The notes beneath the pieces were generated by a model. That model searched no databases and had not been told where the DNA came from. It saw only the letters and a list, made by a program, of their open reading frames with translations. This document shows, piece by piece, positions 62,064 to 64,000 of a DNA stretch of 64,000 nucleotides. This DNA is from Callorhinchus milii (lineage: Eukaryota), in contig NW_024704743.1 of NCBI RefSeq assembly GCF_018977255.1, positions 103,728,001 to 103,792,000 of the forward strand. Direction: 5' to 3'. Position 1 is the stretch's first letter. Each line of letters begins with the position of its first letter. The translations under genes were made by a program, and so were the position numbers.

Positions 62064-63319
62064 TCAGGTTATTCCCATTGCATTTTAAGGGATACCAAGA
62101 ATATTTCAGAGGGTTATCAAACCGATTTGCTAGATTTATGTTTTCATATTCTCCATTATGGCTCAGCTCAGAATAAGTAATAATCCTTACATTGGTACAT
62201 TTGCCCATCCTCTGGTAGGCATTAAAGGTCAAATGGCACTATTCAAAAAGAGAAAGGATTTTCTCTAGGAGTCCTGGCCAACAATCCTCCAGATTAATTG
62301 GTCATTCATTTTGTGGTTGTTTGCAGGACTTTGCTGTGTGAAAATTGGAAGCTGTGGTTATCTCTAAAACACAGTTACTATGCGAATTGCTGCAAATCGC
62401 TTTGTTGCGATAAGCCAAGCCGAGATAAAATGAAAGTTCTTTCTCTGATAGTGATTTTACCAAGATATAGATGGGGAATTTTGTAACCTTAAAACAAACA
62501 AAAAAATCCATACATAAAATTGCAAAACCACTTGTTTGAAAATAACCTGGATATTCTTTCATGACATCCTTCGCAAAATAAATAAAACATATCCAAATTC
62601 AACATAGCACATTTGGGCTTTTATCTTTATAAGAATTGCTGAGTACATCTTTAAGCAAAAAATTGTAATGTAGGCAGGTAGTATTTGTGTTGAGTCACAA
62701 TAAAAACATATCTGTACTCCAGTAGAGATTCAGGTTGAACTGTGACCAGTTTTTTCCACGTCTGGTGCAAGTTGCAAAAGTGATTTTCATTCATTGCTGC
62801 ATACAAAATCTTGACTGATTGAACTACAATTTCCCCAAGGTAGCTGAAACCAATTCACCAGGAATAAAAAGGCAATTTAGGCTCAAGGGACACATTTAAT
62901 GAAGACAGCAAGAGAGAATCCTCAGACAAGAGACAGTGTGCAAAAGACTCTGTCAAAAATGATTCATCACTTATTTATTTCATACGTTTACTTTCTGCCT
63001 ATCATTTACCATTAACTGTTACATTCAAAATTAACATATGAGGTGGGGGGGAGAGATTAAAGCTACAATGTTCTTTTTGTAAGTGAAAAACTCTTGCATA
63101 CATTTCACCTTAAATGGGTTTGCTCCTATAGTTGCATGGCTCAGTTGGTAGTACTCTCGCATCCACAGTCATGAGTTTAAGCTCCATTTAGGGACTTTGA
63201 GCTCAGTCTAGGCCAGTGCTGGACTAACTATGACTCGTGGGGTCATCTGGAAAGATCCCTCCATCCACCCCTGAGCATTCGCCTAAGTCTAGATAACTTG
63301 TTCTGTAGTGTCCAACCGA

Positions 63320-63766
63320 ACACCTGGTTTAATGTCTCATCCAAAGACAGCACCTCTGACATTGCAACACACCCCAGCACTGAATTGGAGTGTCAACTTG
63401 ACAAAGTAGTGGTTAGCACGCTCACCTTCAAGCAAAAAACCTGGGTTCGATTCCTGGCAGGGTGAAACCTTAAGCAAATTTCTTTTTACCACACGTCTCA
63501 GTTTACCTAGTAGTAAATACAAATCCAGTTGTTAAAGTCAATCCACGGATTGTTTTTTGGGGGTAATAATCCCTTAAAAAAAGTGGTCACTAATCCATGA
63601 CTGTTCGTGGGACCCTGCTGTGTGCAATTGGCTGCTGTGATTAGCCCACAAAATAATGTCAATTCACTTTACAGTATATTTTGTGAAGCGCTTTGAGATG
63701 TCTCAACGATGTGATAAGGTACTATAGCAAATGCAAGGATTGCTACCAACTGAGCCAGGCTGACAT
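63320..63766. mobile_element. Older minus-strand DeuSINE interrupted by a plus-strand long-variant SINE (63405-63741)
   Basis: Old central region at 63320-63400 and old head end at 63743-63766 flank the younger element. Confidence 0.8.
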
Positions 63767-64000
63767 TAGTGTGACATTCTTTGCCTCATGCCCTACCTAG
63801 GCCCAAGGCAAGATAACATCCTTTATGCTCACTTCACTGATACACTGAACAACTCTCAAATCTGTTTATTCTCTCTGTCAGGATCCAAGCAATTGAATCA
63901 ATTAAACATGGAAGATTGAATAGGGCTCTGGGTTCACTCTCATTCAGCAGAAGTACTCAAACATGTGAGGAGTGGGAAGAGGAGCAAATGTACTATGTTC

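Noticed and set aside
63225..63236. TAACTATGACTC match to a conserved large-subunit rRNA motif
   Set aside because: Only 12 bp and the flanks do not continue the rRNA sequence; likely chance.

Overview
Vertebrate genomic DNA, most likely a cartilaginous fish (inferred from the protein and from the repeat families; a holocephalan such as elephant shark is plausible but not proven). The window holds the 3' end of TRPS1 on the minus strand: the 123-bp GATA zinc-finger exon (8186-8308), a 3.85-kb intron, the last coding exon (3274-4335; NLS, PLDLA motif, two Ikaros-type C2H2 fingers) and 3' UTR. Everything from 8309 to 64000 appears to be one very long intron. It is packed with two DeuSINE-type tRNA-derived SINE families, L2 and CR1 LINE fragments, Penelope-like terminal fragments with decayed hammerhead motifs, and repeat-free, enhancer-like stretches. 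I found no new protein-coding system. The most interesting signals are: two near-perfect pre-miRNA-sized hairpins built from SINE/L2 sequence (44905-44969, 59536-59592); a ~0.5-kb SINE-anchored duplication 18.4 kb apart with a 117-bp perfectly identical block; a recurrent insertion site inside the young SINE; adjacent miR-221/222 and miR-30 8-mer sites in the UTR; and divergence of the SUMO motifs of the repression domain. Repeat boundaries are approximate and family names come from recognition, not from a database search.
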